NCBI GenBank assembly: GCA_951406725.2
Contig: OX597816.1
Span: forward strand, 99,882,001-99,946,000
Length of the DNA: 64,000 nucleotides
Reading direction: 5' to 3'
From: Octopus vulgaris
Lineage: Eukaryota
Position numbers and translations under genes: made by a program. The notes under the pieces were generated by a model. That model searched no databases, had not been told where the DNA came from, and saw only the letters and a program-made list of their open reading frames with translations. Shown here piece by piece: positions 39,520-53,200 of the stretch. How positions within the stretch are numbered: position 1 is the first letter of the stretch; each line of letters begins with the position of its first letter.

Positions 39520-39890
39520 CTCTGCTTATCTAACTGCAGGTGTGTATTCTCATCGCAGTAAAATGTGCATGTTGATTGTAAACAATGATTTTTCATTCAT
39601 ATTAATGGTTTCATTTGTTTGCAGTCCACAACAAAAGCATGTCTGGGCATCTTGACATGTTTTATCATGCATACACTGATTGTAAATAATGAGCATCGCC
39701 ATTTACGCAAATGGAGTCATTTGTTTGCAATCTTCCACAAAAGTATATGCTGGCTGTATGCTTCACAGATGGAAAAATTATTACCTTTTCATCAAACAAG
39801 ATGGAGGTTGGCATGAGGAAGGGTATCCAGAATTTTGCCTTAGTGAAGTCTACCTGACCCCTGCAAGCATGGAAAAGTAGAAATGATGGC
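39520..39890 (+). mobile_element. Non-autonomous retroelement ending in the RTE 3' tail (related remnant at 28560-28770)
   Basis: Internal direct repeats (tgattgtaaa.aatga...catttgtttgca) followed by ggaagggtatccag...cctgcaagcatggaaaag. Confidence 0.55.
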
Positions 39891-40060
39891 AGTGGTGGCG
39901 GTTGCAGTGGTGGTGGTTGCAGTGGTGGTGGTTGCATGGTGGTGGTGGTGGTTGCAATGATGGTGTGGTTGCATGGTGGTGGTGGTGGTGGTGGTGGTTG
40001 CAATGATGGTGATGGTAGTGGCAGTGGTGGTGGTGGTGACGGCAGTGGTAACAGTGATAA
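39883..40060. repeat. Complex (GGT)n-type trinucleotide repeat
   Basis: Visible; gives rise to the poly-His/Pro/Thr pseudo-ORFs. Confidence 0.9.
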
Positions 40061-41495
40061 TGATATACTCTGGATGCAGAGGATTTGCAAAGATTAGAAA
40101 TGAATGAAGCAAGTGTGACGTTTTTGGACAAGTGATGTTAGTGTGCATGAATTATGAAGTACAAGTGAATTGAGAAAAAAGCTGGATATTAGAAGAAGCA
40201 AATATAATGTGCAAAAGAGAAGATCGTGCTTATACAGGTATGTAATGCATATGGAAAATGATAATTATATAAAGTGATGTAGTGCACTTACAGTGGATGG
40301 AATCTGTAGAAATGGAAGACTTAGGAAGACATAGGATGAAGTGATGAAAGGTGATACTAAGATATTGAACCCCTTGGAGGAAATGACGAAAGACTGAAAT
40401 GATAGGTAATACACAGTGCTGAAGAAAACCTATTCACCCCTACAAGTATGATAAAAAAAAAACATTAACATGGTGGTAATGATAGAAGCTGAGAGGCCTA
40501 TTATAAATATCTATATTAGAGTCTATTTCCCATTAGTTCCCTGTTATGTCTACCTCTGCTGTCTTTCTCACCTCTTGATATCCTCACTTCACTATATGAT
40601 GTTGCTTGTATATCTAAGTATGGCAGGGAATCTTTGATTTGCTACACTATGATGCCTTTGCATCTGGGTATGTCAATGGACCTGTCTAAATCACTCATCT
40701 CTCTAACATTCACCTTCTCTCAGATTCACTGTGCTATGCCACCCATGTAACAAGGGGCAGAACTGAACCTTCATGCATTCTATCTCCCCACTGTTATCAA
40801 TATCAGTTAACTTTTTTGCTTATCATAAGAATTATGTTATTTTGAAGCATATCAGCTGTTTAAGGAAGTTTCAAGCACTCGAAATGATTGGAACATGTGA
40901 AAGAGAAAAACCTAGGAAGATTTGTTACAAAGGTTTGAAAACTGGACATCATACAAAGGAGATGACAAAAAGATGTTTTTTGTTGATATGTTGTACAGGT
41001 AAAGACCTGACAACTAGTATTAACTAGATGAAATATATATGTAAATGTTGGTGAGGATATAATGATGGAGCCTGGGCCACATAGTATGTGTCTATATCTG
41101 GAGTTTTGCCCATCTATACCTGCAAAGTCGCCATCTACTATCTATCTTGCCTATTCATCTCTCTATCATCCTTTCTGTTCACTGTATCACACTGCCTGTG
41201 AAATGATATAAAACAACAGATTTGTCCATATGAAATCTCTCTCACTCTTACCACAGGTATGTCATGACTCCTTTTTTCTTCCAAAACATGATGCCTTTGT
41301 TTCCAATACACCCCTTTCTCTTACCTTGTTAGTCAACATCCCTGACCTTCTTGTCAATCATTTATCTTTTTCTCTCTTAACATCTAACATTACATTTCTT
41401 CATTGTCAGCCTGTACTCCTTCTCCCTTTGACCACTATTTATTGACATTCATCACACTCTCTTACACCAACCATTTCTATGACTATCAATCACTC

Positions 41496-41535
<40 letters not shown>

Positions 41536-42524
41536 CACCAATAAACATATAGCTGCCTCAGTGTCTCTCTTCCATCAGCATACCTAGGTAAGAAAGATTG
41601 CATTAGATCTAATGCCTCTGTGTCTCCTTCCAACTACCAAACATGTAGCTATCATTAGTGTCTCTGCTTATGCTGCTGGCTGTTACTCCTCTTGCCTCAT
41701 GTTATCACTTTATTGACATCCATCTCTGCTTCTCTCATTAAGCCCTGTAATTACTGTCTTCTTGCCATTACTGTACCTCTTCATCATTCAGAACAGTACT
41801 GTTTCACCCATTCTTTTCTCCTTCCACATGTCACTCTGTCTCCTCTTCCATACCCTTTCTTCTTTCTCTCCCACTCTGATTCGTCTTTTGTAGTTACCAC
41901 TGTTCTTCCCATTCATTACACCTAATAGAAACACAATTCACTACAATCTGCAAAATAATAGGTGTTTGCAGGAACATTTAACCAGAGAAACCATACCAAA
42001 ATAAAATGTCTGAGAGAGAGAAAGAGAGAGAGTCTAGTGATATAGCTAAGGAGGCAGTAACTCCAGATAAGAACTGACTTAGACCATTACAACATATCCT
42101 GACCATGCTATCTTGGAAAACAAATATAAAATGATGATAATGATGATTTCATACAGGTGTGTGTGTGTGTGTATGCATATGTATTATACACTCAGACAAT
42201 TGGGTTTTTTTAAAGTATATACATAAAACTGTGTAATATCCAACTTACATTCTGTTAGAAATATATTCTTTAACCTCACTCACAAATGTTACAATGCAAA
42301 ATATATTGTTTCTAAAATTATTAAACAACAGTCATTTGTCTTTTTGTGATGAATACACTGCCAACCCTTCTAATTCTTCATATTTCCTATCTTTTTTTAA
42401 TTTATCTTTTCACTTTACTTATTTCTTGATTCTTCTTGACTTCTACATATTTTCTTGTTTTTCTTACTCTTTATTTGTTTACTTTGCTTGTCTTTTATTT
42501 CAACTACATCAATTCAGTTCAATT

Positions 42525-42610
42525 CTTCTTCTTCTTCTTCTTCTTCTTCTTCTTCTTCTTCTTCTTCTTCTTCTTCTTCTTCTCCTCCTCCTCCTCCTTC
42601 CTCTTCCTTC
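42525..42610. repeat. (TTC)n/(CTC)n microsatellite
   Basis: Visible; gives rise to the poly-Leu/Phe/Ser pseudo-ORFs. Confidence 0.95.
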
Positions 42611-43559
42611 TTCTTTTTCCTCTTTATTCCTCTTCTTTTCCTCCTCCCCCCTCCATTTCCACACCCTCTCCTGCATCCATCACAATTATCACTATTACTA
42701 CAACTCTCAGTAACATCATCAGCTGCATCACCTTCATCATCATTTTCTATTTCTTAAAGCAACTTGAGCTATTTTCTCTCAAAATTTTCCTTCGAGCCAG
42801 TTTCCATTTTTGACCAAGTTAACTAATGGGTTAGTCTGCCAGTTTTCACTGTTCTTTCAGCGTAATCTAGCTTTTCCAATACTACCACACCATCCACACT
42901 ACATCTCTGAACACCAACACCTTCAGTCTACCATCCTTGCACTTCGGCTATCATACAATAAATGATAAATTACCATCAAGCTATATTTAACAGAATTTTC
43001 AAGGTGAAAGAAAAAAAATTGAGTAAAACTAAAAAAAAAAATATCAACTAGAATAGAAATAAACTCAATAAGATTTGCTATATAGCAGAGAACAGAAGGT
43101 CTGTAAGGGGTGAAAACCAAAACTGACTACCTGCTCTGACGAATTTCAAATGAGTTCAAAATTAGTGTATCAATTTGATTAAACTTCCTTTAGTCTTCAT
43201 TAACTTACTTTGTAACAGTGGCAATTGTTGAATTTTCTTACACTATTTCTTACACTATTTTCTTTGTTCGCTTTCTGTTTCGTCTCATACTTTTTCATGT
43301 ATCTCCATAACACTTTATGTGTGCTGGCTTAAATTAGCTGTAAAATTTGATCAAGTCCACTGGCTGTTGCGAACATAGTACTTCTGGAAAAGAATTCAGA
43401 CAAAATCAATAATTGGTAATTGAAACATATAAAAGTGGTAAGGTATAACAATAGTGGTTGAGATATTTGGTGAAGCCATTTAGTCTTGACAGAAATACAT
43501 TCTGATGATAAAATGTGTGAATGTGCACACATACACACGAACACACACATACATGTATG

Positions 43560-43660
<101 letters not shown>

Positions 43661-43837
43661 TTATGTTTATATGTATATATATGTATATATATGTATATAT
43701 ATATATATATATGCTTATATATAGATTAATATATATATATATATATATATATCATCAACATCATCATCATCATCGCTAAATGATGATGATGATGATGATA
43801 TATATATATATATATATATATTAATATTTATATACAT

Positions 43838-44350
43838 AAGAAGATCGTCTCTTTGCAACAGCTCAGCTACTGGGAAAGGTTGAAACAGCTAAGACTCTAC
43901 TCTCTGGAGAGAAGACAGGAGAGGTATGCTGTAATATATATTTGGAAGATCCTGGAAGGAATTGTGCCAAATTTTGGCATTGAAAGCTACACCAATGCCA
44001 GAATGGGATAACACTGCATAGTGCCAAAGATCCCAGCAATGCCATCACACTTCAGGACCAGTTACTGCAACAGCCTGGGTTTCAAGGGCCCACAGCTTTT
44101 TAATATTCTCCCAAAGAGTCTGAGGAACTTGCACAAAGTAGATGTAGGGGTTTTTAAATCAAAGCTGGACCTCTTCCTGTCGAGAGTCGCAGATGAACCT
44201 ACCTCACGGCAAGAGGTGCAAATGAGGGTAGCTATATCAAACTCCATGCTTCACCAAGTGCCACATATTAGAGGAGGCTCTTAGTAATAACAGTGTAGCA
44301 AAATGGCGGTGCATCAGCATGGCCGGCATCTCTGAGCTAAAACTACAGAG
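43838..44350 (+). mobile_element. CR1-like LINE 3' end
   Basis: SYWERLKQLRLYSLERRQER, KGPQLFNILPKSLRN...FKSKLDLFLSRVADEP; 3' UTR ggcggtgcatcagcatggcc. Confidence 0.85.
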
Positions 44351-44371
44351 AATATATATATATATATATAA

Positions 44372-45550
44372 ATCCCAGCAATCCTCAGATCGTATAAGCG
44401 TGCCCTGGCGAAATCACTACAGATTCTCTTCCAGATCTTTCTTGTAAATGGTAGGCTGCCAAGCAAACTGAAGGAGGGAATAATGTTCCCAATCCATAAA
44501 GGAGGAAGCAGAGCAGATGCCAAAAACTGTAGGCCAATCTCTCTGACTTCGCACATCAGAAAAGTCATGGAACTGATAGTCAGATGGAAACTCATTGCAT
44601 TCTTTGAAGAAAATGACTTGCTGAGTGATACCCAGCATGGCTCTTGAACCATGTAGGAACTGCCTGACCCAGCTCTTACAGCACTATGACTGGGTGCTGA
44701 GGCAGTTACTCAACAACTCAAATGTGGATGTAATATACCTTGACTGTGCAAAAGCTTTTTATAAAGTGGATCTTGGTTTGATGTGCCACAAACTACATGA
44801 TCTTGGTATAGTTGGAAAACTTGGAGAGTTTTTATACGACTTTCTGAAAGATAGAAGTCAGGCAATAGTGGCCAATGGAGCCACCTCTATGAAAACACAA
44901 CTAGTGAATGGTGTGTTCCACAGGGCACTCTCTTGGGATCACTACTTTTCATAGTGGCCCTCTCAGATATGCACTCAACTGCCCAGATAGCCACCCTTGC
45001 TAGCTACACAGATGATATGAAAGTCTTGCAGAAAATACAGAACCCCAGTGATGTTGGACAACTGCAGCAGGAGCTGGACTCAATATACAGATGGGCTGAG
45101 TATAATAGTATGCACATTAATGCTGAAAAATTCCAAGCCCTGCACTACCAGCATCCAAAACTGAATATAAAACTTACAGTGTACACTGGTCCACAAGGGA
45201 TTACAGTCCCAGAGCTAAATAAGTGAGGGCCTGGATATCAACATGAGTGATGATACCTCTTTCCAAGTGCACATTACCAGGATGGCGACAAAGTGCAGAC
45301 GACTGCCTGGATGGAACCTGAGAATGTTCAGAACCAGACATAAGGAAACCAGGATGTTTCTCTGGAGGAAGTTCATCATCAGCCACCTACTCCCAACTAT
45401 GGTCACCCAACAGTGTAAAATTAGCAGTGAACCTTGAAGCAATCCAATGAAACTTCTCAAAGAAGTTTCACTTCATTGCAACTACTCAGCTACTGGCAAA
45501 GGCTGAAACAATTACGACCCTACTCCCTGGGGCAAAGGCAGGAGAGGTAA
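44372..45550 (+). mobile_element. CR1-like LINE RT core (decayed)
   Basis: PIHKGGSRADAKNCRPISLTSHIRKVME, VDVIYLDCAKAFYKVD, PQGTLLGSLLF, SYTDDMKV. Confidence 0.9.
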
Positions 45551-45664
45551 ATGCTATAACAGATCAGTTCATCTCAAATTCTTTATAAACTCCTAAATAT
45601 ATCTCCTTCTGTGTATATATATACTACCAAATATGACGTTTTTGAACTAATATTTTTCTGTGTG

Positions 45665-45700
<36 letters not shown>

Positions 45701-45891
45701 GATACTTCCAAACAAACATGATTTTTAATGAAATCCTAATATTTTAAACTTTTTAATATTTTCTCAAGATATTTCCTTGTAAACTGCTTTTAACATTTTC
45801 TTATTATTATCAAAGTATGTATATATGTATTGTAATATTTTGTGACAAGCAATACTTAACACAACAAAGCTTTTACAAAACTTTACATTTT

Positions 45892-45932
45892 ACTTTTGAC
45901 AATCTTTTTCTAAAAAGTGAAACCGGTCAAGT
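45892..45932 (+). ncRNA. Minimal type-I hammerhead ribozyme motif of the Penelope kind, with a degenerate core
   Basis: actt-TTGACAA(consensus CTGACGA)-t-ctttt..aaaag-t-GAAA-CCGG-TC-aagt: stem I actt/aagt, stem II hairpin, palindromic stem III. Confidence 0.6.
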
Positions 45933-46849
45933 GAATATATATTTTTAAAATTGTATTTTGAAACCTTCTTTCATATATATATATATATATATATGCACGT
46001 ATATATGTATATATATGTATGTGTGCAGTGTGTGTATAGTTTATATATATATATATTTATATTTATATTATGCATACATATTTGCATACTTGTGTGCATA
46101 GCATACATACTTACACACATAAACACACATTTGTACAGTATTTATATACATCGTCACCATCTTCATTGTAAGTTACCATCCATCTTCAATGCTGGGTGGC
46201 TGGTTCAACAGGATCTGAAGAAACAGGGTACTGTGTCATGCTCCAGTATTTTCTGTGGCCTGCTTTTTGTTGCTGGATGGCAACCATTTTACACAGAGTA
46301 TTGGGGCACACATTTTGTGTAGGAACAGCAGTAATGAGGTAACCTGCAAGACTAAGGGCTTAAGGTTCCAGTTTTATGACACATGTAACCCAGCCTAATC
46401 CATACTAATCTTACACTATGAACAGGCAAAAGCACAAGTGACAGTAGTGAACAACACAATTCATGGCAGAGGTTTGGAACTCAACTCTAGATAAACAGTT
46501 GCTTGGAATTTCTCTTAGATGTCATGTTTTTCAAGGTTTGAGAAGCTATCTTCGAGCTGGTAATGATTGTTAGTTTCTTGGTTTGTCCCAAATGGTGATC
46601 TCCATATGTGTGATGACAAGAAAGAGGTCTGTCTAACAGTTATTAGCACTGGAAGCTCTTTTGGTGATGAGGATATCTGTTTTTTTTTTTTTGTCAGATG
46701 ATGGCATAATCTACATCTTGAGAAGATGATTATATCACATCTACTGCCAGTATGTAGATCTATACTACAAACTTCAAGCAACACCAAATTTTTTTTTCCA
46801 TTGTCCTATCTTCTTACTATTGGGCTTTTCAATGAAATATATTGAAGGT

Positions 46850-47290
46850 AATATTGGTTTCATATTGTGGCACACAGCCAGCAGTTGGCCCCAGTGTTCA
46901 CCTGATACTTATTTTACTGATCCTGAAAGAGTGCAAGGTAATGTTGACCTTAGTAAAATTTGAACTCAGAATGTAAAGACAGACAAAATGCAACTAAGCA
47001 TTTTGCTCAGTGTGCTTACGATTCTGCCAGCTTACCACGCTAATGTTGCAGGTAATATTAATTAAAAATTTTGGTCCAAGGCCAGCAATTTCAAGGTAGG
47101 GGATAAGTCAATTACATCGATCCCAGTGTTCAACTCGTACTTATTTAATCAAGCCCCCAAAGAGATGAAAGACAAAGCTGACCCCAGCAGTATTTGAACT
47201 GAGAACATAAAGTTGGGAGAAATGTTGCTAAGCATTTTCCTAGTGCAGTAATGATTCTGCCTGCTTGCCACCTTTTGTTGAAGGTAATAT
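46850..47290 (-). mobile_element. Two tandem Meta-like SINEs
   Basis: Each contains tttgaact.agaa..taaag...ctaagcatttt...gattctgcc; ggtaatatt recurs at ~46848, 47051 and 47283. Confidence 0.75.
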
Positions 47291-47693
47291 TAGTAAGAAA
47301 AAACATTGACGGCATTGATTTGCTTACAGTGAATCTCAACTTGGAAAGATCCACTGTAAATGTGAGTGACTTACACACTGATTTCAAGGCCATCATCTAT
47401 GGCATATGCAGAATGAGACTGGCAGTATCAGGTGATAAAATTGTAATTGACTGCTAGTATCAGTATAGTCTTGAATGATGGTTTCTTATCCATTCCATTT
47501 GCCATTGCCCTTCTCTGCCAGTTCAAACAATATAATCTAATTCTCATTCTTTGATGTGTGGAGGGTTTCCATGATTCATTGACCCTGAAAATGACATTGT
47601 CAAGAGTTTAGTGCTCCAGGTAGAGTGACCATAAGTAGCAAGGTCAAAGAAAAGGACCAGCATCACTTCAAGACTACAATAGCAGAAGGTGTA

Positions 47694-47743
<50 letters not shown>

Positions 47744-47774
47744 GATAGATAGATAGATTGATAGGTAGACAGAC

Positions 47775-48222
47775 AGGATAGAATTTATAAATACTTAATA
47801 CATCACTACACACGTTTCCACAAATCACATGATTTTGACATCAGAGTCGGTATCCTTGAGACATGGTACAGTCTGTATTATCCATGGGCATCCAGTTGAT
47901 CATCATCATTGATTCATTTCATCGGGTGATACTGCATTATTGGATGAATCACAGAGGGATGTTTATCCATTCTTGCCAGTGTGATGGCCAATTTAGCTAG
48001 ATTGACTTTCATACTGACAAGAAGGATTAGACACCCCTCTAAGATTCATCCAATAATGCAGTGTCACTTGATGAAATGTACCAATGACGGTGATCAACCG
48101 GATGCCAATGGATAATATGGACTATACTGTACTAATACCAAGGATACCAACTCTGATGTCAAAATCATGTGATTTGTGGAAACGTGCATAGCGATGTATT
48201 AAATATTTATAAATTCCATCCT
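47775..48222. repeat. Fold-back: two ~195-bp inverted arms with a ~55-nt spacer
   Basis: aggatagaatttataaata...tggatgaatc is mirrored by gattcatcca...tatttataaattccatcct. Confidence 0.9.
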
Positions 48223-48637
48223 AGAATTATTGTTATTATATTCATCCCAAATGATATCAGTATACCCATGATGCAACCCCAAAAAACTGACTTACTAGTC
48301 AGCATCATTAGATGGCAGTTGACATAATGAAATAGGAGCTTTATGTGCATACCCCTAATGTTACCATAAATGAATTTAAAAGATTGTCATTAAATTCTGG
48401 AAATGAGGAGTAGAAGGACAACTGACAACTGATGAAGGGCTGTTCTTTATGTTACTTGTCTTGTTTTCCATTTGTTTCTCTCGTCTCATTGTTTCCATAC
48501 CTAAGTTTGTCTTCGTATTTCATGTTGTTTTCATATTTCATGTTGTTTACATTTTGTGAAGTCCTGTACCCATATATGCATATATATATATATATATATA
48601 TATATTATTTATTTATTATATATATATATTATATATT

Positions 48638-48709
<72 letters not shown>

Positions 48710-48902
48710 ATATATATATACTATATCGCCCGGCGTTGCTCGGTTTGTAAAGGAAATATATAAAAGCATTTTTAGAGAGTTATAGCCAAAAAATAGAAAA
48801 AAAATGATGGTAAATTTTTTTGAGTTAAAAAGGTCGAGTTGCGTCCCTTAGACAGTCTGTGGTTTGTCTTTCTGATTCTCGACCCCATGTCGAATTTATC
48901 GA

Positions 48903-48964
<62 letters not shown>

Positions 48965-49236
48965 TATGTATGTATATATGCATATATATATATTTTATTT
49001 ATATATATACACATACATACATACATACATATATATAAATATACATGCATATGATAAATCGTTAGCCACTATACACATTTTTTTTTTCTCCTTGTTTTTT
49101 CTGTGTCCCTTTCTGTAGAGGAGCGTAGGCTCGAAACGTAAAAAACTTTTTCTATTCCTGAGCATTATACTAATACATCTGTTTGTTTTGTACACCACCT
49201 GTCTTCGTCTTTTGCTTTTTTTCGTAAACTCTCCCT

Positions 49237-49790
49237 ATCATCATCATCATAGTTTAACGTCCGCTTTCCATGCTAGCATGGGTTGGACGATTTTGACTGA
49301 GGGCTGGTGAACCAGATGGTTGCACCAGGCTCCAATCTTGATATGGCAGAGTTTCTACAGCTGGATGGCCTTAATAACGCGAACCACTCCGAGAGTGTAG
49401 TGGGTGCTTTTTACGTGCCACCGGCACGGGGGCCAGTCAGGTGGTACTGGCAACGACCTCGCTCAAATCCTTTTACACATGCCACCAGCACAGGTGCCAG
49501 TAAGGCGACTTTGGTAACGATCACGCTCAAATGGTGCCCTTTTATGTGCCACTGGCATGGAAGCCAGCTGGCTGCTCTGGCAACGATCACGCTCGGATGG
49601 TGCTCTTGGCATCCTACTAGCACGGGCACAAGTGACAGTAAGGCGACGCTGGTAACGATTACGCTCAAATGGTGCCCTTTAAGTGCCACTGGCACGGAAG
49701 CTGGTTAGTCGCTCTGTCAATGATCATGCTCGTATGGTGCTCTTTGCACCCTGCCAGCACGGACGCCAGTCATCGATTTTGATTTTGTTT
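49237..49790 (-). mobile_element. RTE 3' UTR fragment with a 64-72-bp hairpin array
   Basis: (CAT)n, gtttaacgtccgctttccatgctagcatggg, then about six diverged units. Confidence 0.9.
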
Positions 49791-49817
49791 TTGATTGATT
49801 TGATTTATATATATTTG

Positions 49818-49853
<36 letters not shown>

Positions 49854-50119
49854 TACATACACACACACATATATATATATCACTTACACGAGAGACAGAC
49901 AGTCAAATATACACATGCACGCACACACACATATTTATGTAAATATGAATAAATATGCATGTGTCTGTATGAATGCTTGCCTGCTTATACTTATGCATAT
50001 ATATAATCACAGATATAAATATATGGAAACATTCATGTGCATATACATCTATATATATATATATATATATATAATATTTTTATCTCTATCCTCCATTTAT
50101 CTTTCTCTATATCATTTCA

Positions 50120-50158
<39 letters not shown>

Positions 50159-50209
50159 TTATATATATGTATATATATATGTATCTTTGTATACATACAT
50201 ACACACACA

Positions 50210-50267
<58 letters not shown>

Positions 50268-53200
50268 ACATATCTACGTATGTATGTGTCTTTGTGTGTC
50301 TCTGTATAAATAAATGGTGAGAGAGTAGTGAAAGAGAGTTAGAGAGGGAAAGGGTTTATGAGCTTATCACAGAAACAGCTTTTTATGTATACATCTTAGT
50401 TCAATATACAACAATAGTGCTGTATAAGCTGTTTAATGCCGTCTTGCAGATGAAGGAATAATTGCAATTTAGTGAAGTTTGGGGACATAAAGAAAGATGC
50501 CTAAATATCTATTTTATGTGATGTTTAGTGTTATGCTGAGAGTGTAGTCGAAGAAAGATCATAGGTCAGTAGCAAATGGTATAGAACTATGCCTAAGAGA
50601 AAATGGAAGGAAGCATTTAATGTAAAAGTATCTGTGGACAGAGCAACATAAAAGAAGTCATCATTCTGTCTCATCTAAAACTAAAATAGTAAGGGGGAGA
50701 ATCGTAAGTTAAGTTAAGCTGTCATCATATCATAAGTGTTGTTTCTGAATACCAATATCAGTAATATTCCACACCAATATTTTACAACCAGTCCCACCAT
50801 AAAGCCCACCCTTCTAAAGAGACCTTTTGAAGGTCTTTTTGTCATTTCTTTCTAAACTACAATGGTCTTTCCACCCATACAAACTTCACTGTATTCATAT
50901 CCACTCATTCACACCTTTTTCTCTCCTATCACCTCATAACCTATATAGAAAGCATTTTCCTAAATATTTCTTTCCCTGAACTTTATCTTCAGAGATTGCC
51001 TTTTAGGTTAGTTGAAATATTTAACAGCTCTCATTTACAATGTTGTTTCTACATTCTGAAAGATAAAAAAGAAGAGCTAAATCTAACCAATAAAAAACAA
51101 AAAAAGAAATTTAACCTAAGCTAATGCTCTGTTATTATTTTGTTAGGGCACTTAAATAACTCTGAAAAATCACTGTTTTACAGAATTACTAATAACAATA
51201 TAGATAAGAGAGCATTAATTTTGTTTCTTCAGTCTTTCATTTTGGGGATATAATTGTCATAGTTTCGTGCCTTATGTTAGCAAGGAGCACCAATACTATA
51301 GCGTTCATATAATATTGCCAGTTTTGTTGATGTAGTCAACAATAAATAAGTAGTATATATTCATAAAAAAGATTTATCATTTGTTGTTTCTAAAGTGTAA
51401 AAACAAAACAATCACAATAATTATATAAAAATTCCAAAGTTTGAGCTGAGAGTACACACATCTTTCTAGAATGTTTTATGGTGTATAGATTAATGCTTCT
51501 GACAAGGTTTTTCCCCCTCTAATGTGTTCACAGAAGCTACAGTATGTTGGCCAGGATTAGTAAACTTGCTTTTAAAATATTTAGTTTGAAAGCATTTTTA
51601 TGAAGCAAACATTTTTGTTTGTGTATTGCTTGTTTGGTTTTTTGTTTGAGTATTTTATCATCCTGAATTATTATTCCTTCATTTTCACTTATAGAAGAAG
51701 AGAGCAGTGAGAAAATGGTGAGCAGTAAATAAAACACTGTGATTTTAATGACATCACATGTTTTAATTTTGCTTCAATAGTTTATCTGAAACTTACATGA
51801 CATCTGGGCATTTTGAAATTATACCTAATTTTTATTTTTTGACTTCAAATACTATGCATTTTAGCTCAAGTGTTTTCTAAAATCATTTGTGTATGTAAGT
51901 ACTTGTGCCTCCTAACAGTGAGGGAAAAAATGTGTAGCATGACTGAAATCCTTGACATAAGATGTTAGAAAGTTTGTTAAAATTTTCAGTTAAAAACTCA
52001 TTTCAGTATTAAAGTCAATAAAGGATGAATGCTAGAAATTTATTGGTTGTGTAATTTTTAATGTCAACACTTGCTTTTTTATTATAGTAAATAATACTTC
52101 AGCATATCAAGAAAAAGGAAAGAGTGTTTGATCATTAAGCATAAATAATACAGGTGACTGCAAAATATCTTTCATCTATATAGAAATGTCTTCATGGAAA
52201 TAGGTCTTTGAGAAAATAGGTTTTGCTAGATCATTACAAATAAAAAATAACTAACGTATTTCTTTTCTTAATTTTATATGTTGATTGCAATTAATATTTG
52301 AGTTAGAAAATCTCTGGTATCAATACTGAGAGAGTAATGTTAAGAAAAATAGGTAGTTCTCAACTGTGGAAAATTTTCCAAGATAGTGATTTCCAAAGTT
52401 GATACTTAAGGTAAGTCTAGTTGATTTAAGCTACCTCAGAATATGACTTAGATTTATTTCTTTGACCACCTAAATGATTTAAAAAATACTCACATCCTTC
52501 TGAGCATTCTATTGATCTATCTTAAAAAATGTTTCAAAATTAGTTCCATTTTAGAAGTACATTTATGCTCAGAAAAAATTCCAGGAATTGCATGAGAGAT
52601 GCTTAGAAACCAGATCACACTAAACTAAACACTACAAAAATCAAAATGAATGACTAATAATTGTTGCTGAAGAACACTTTAGACCTGACGTCAATTGTCA
52701 TGAAGAAACAACTAATATCAAACTATTAATGGTTAATTGAATGAAAGTATTTTTAATGTTTGAAGCATTAAAAACACTTAGATAAGATAAATTACACTGT
52801 GAAAAAATAAAATAAAATGGTTACTATCATTGTTTTATCAGCAAACATTTGTGTTACTATGCATATTTAATTGTTATTTAAAATGATTAGTGAAAGTGTA
52901 ACTATGTCGTACTTGCTGAAAATTAAATCTTAACATAGATATAAAAAAAAAGTTGTATATTTGTTGGATTTAGGAAAGAAAATTGCTTAAAAATCTACAA
53001 ATTCTTAGGTGCTGCCTACTTCATATATGATGGGTAAGTGAATGAAGGTGTTTCTAAAGCTTGGAACATTGAAAAGGAATAAGATATAGGGAGATACGTA
53101 TTGAAGCCCAAATGTTAGCCCAATTGAAGTTATCAGATTCTTAAATAATAGTTTCTGGTAAAAAGTAAAAATACCTTATATAAATATACATTGTTTATGA

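Noticed and set aside
52383-52416. Possible sif microexon ending at AAG|gtaagt (52410)
   Set aside because: Weak acceptor, and joining it to the phase-2 donor gives an immediate TAG stop.
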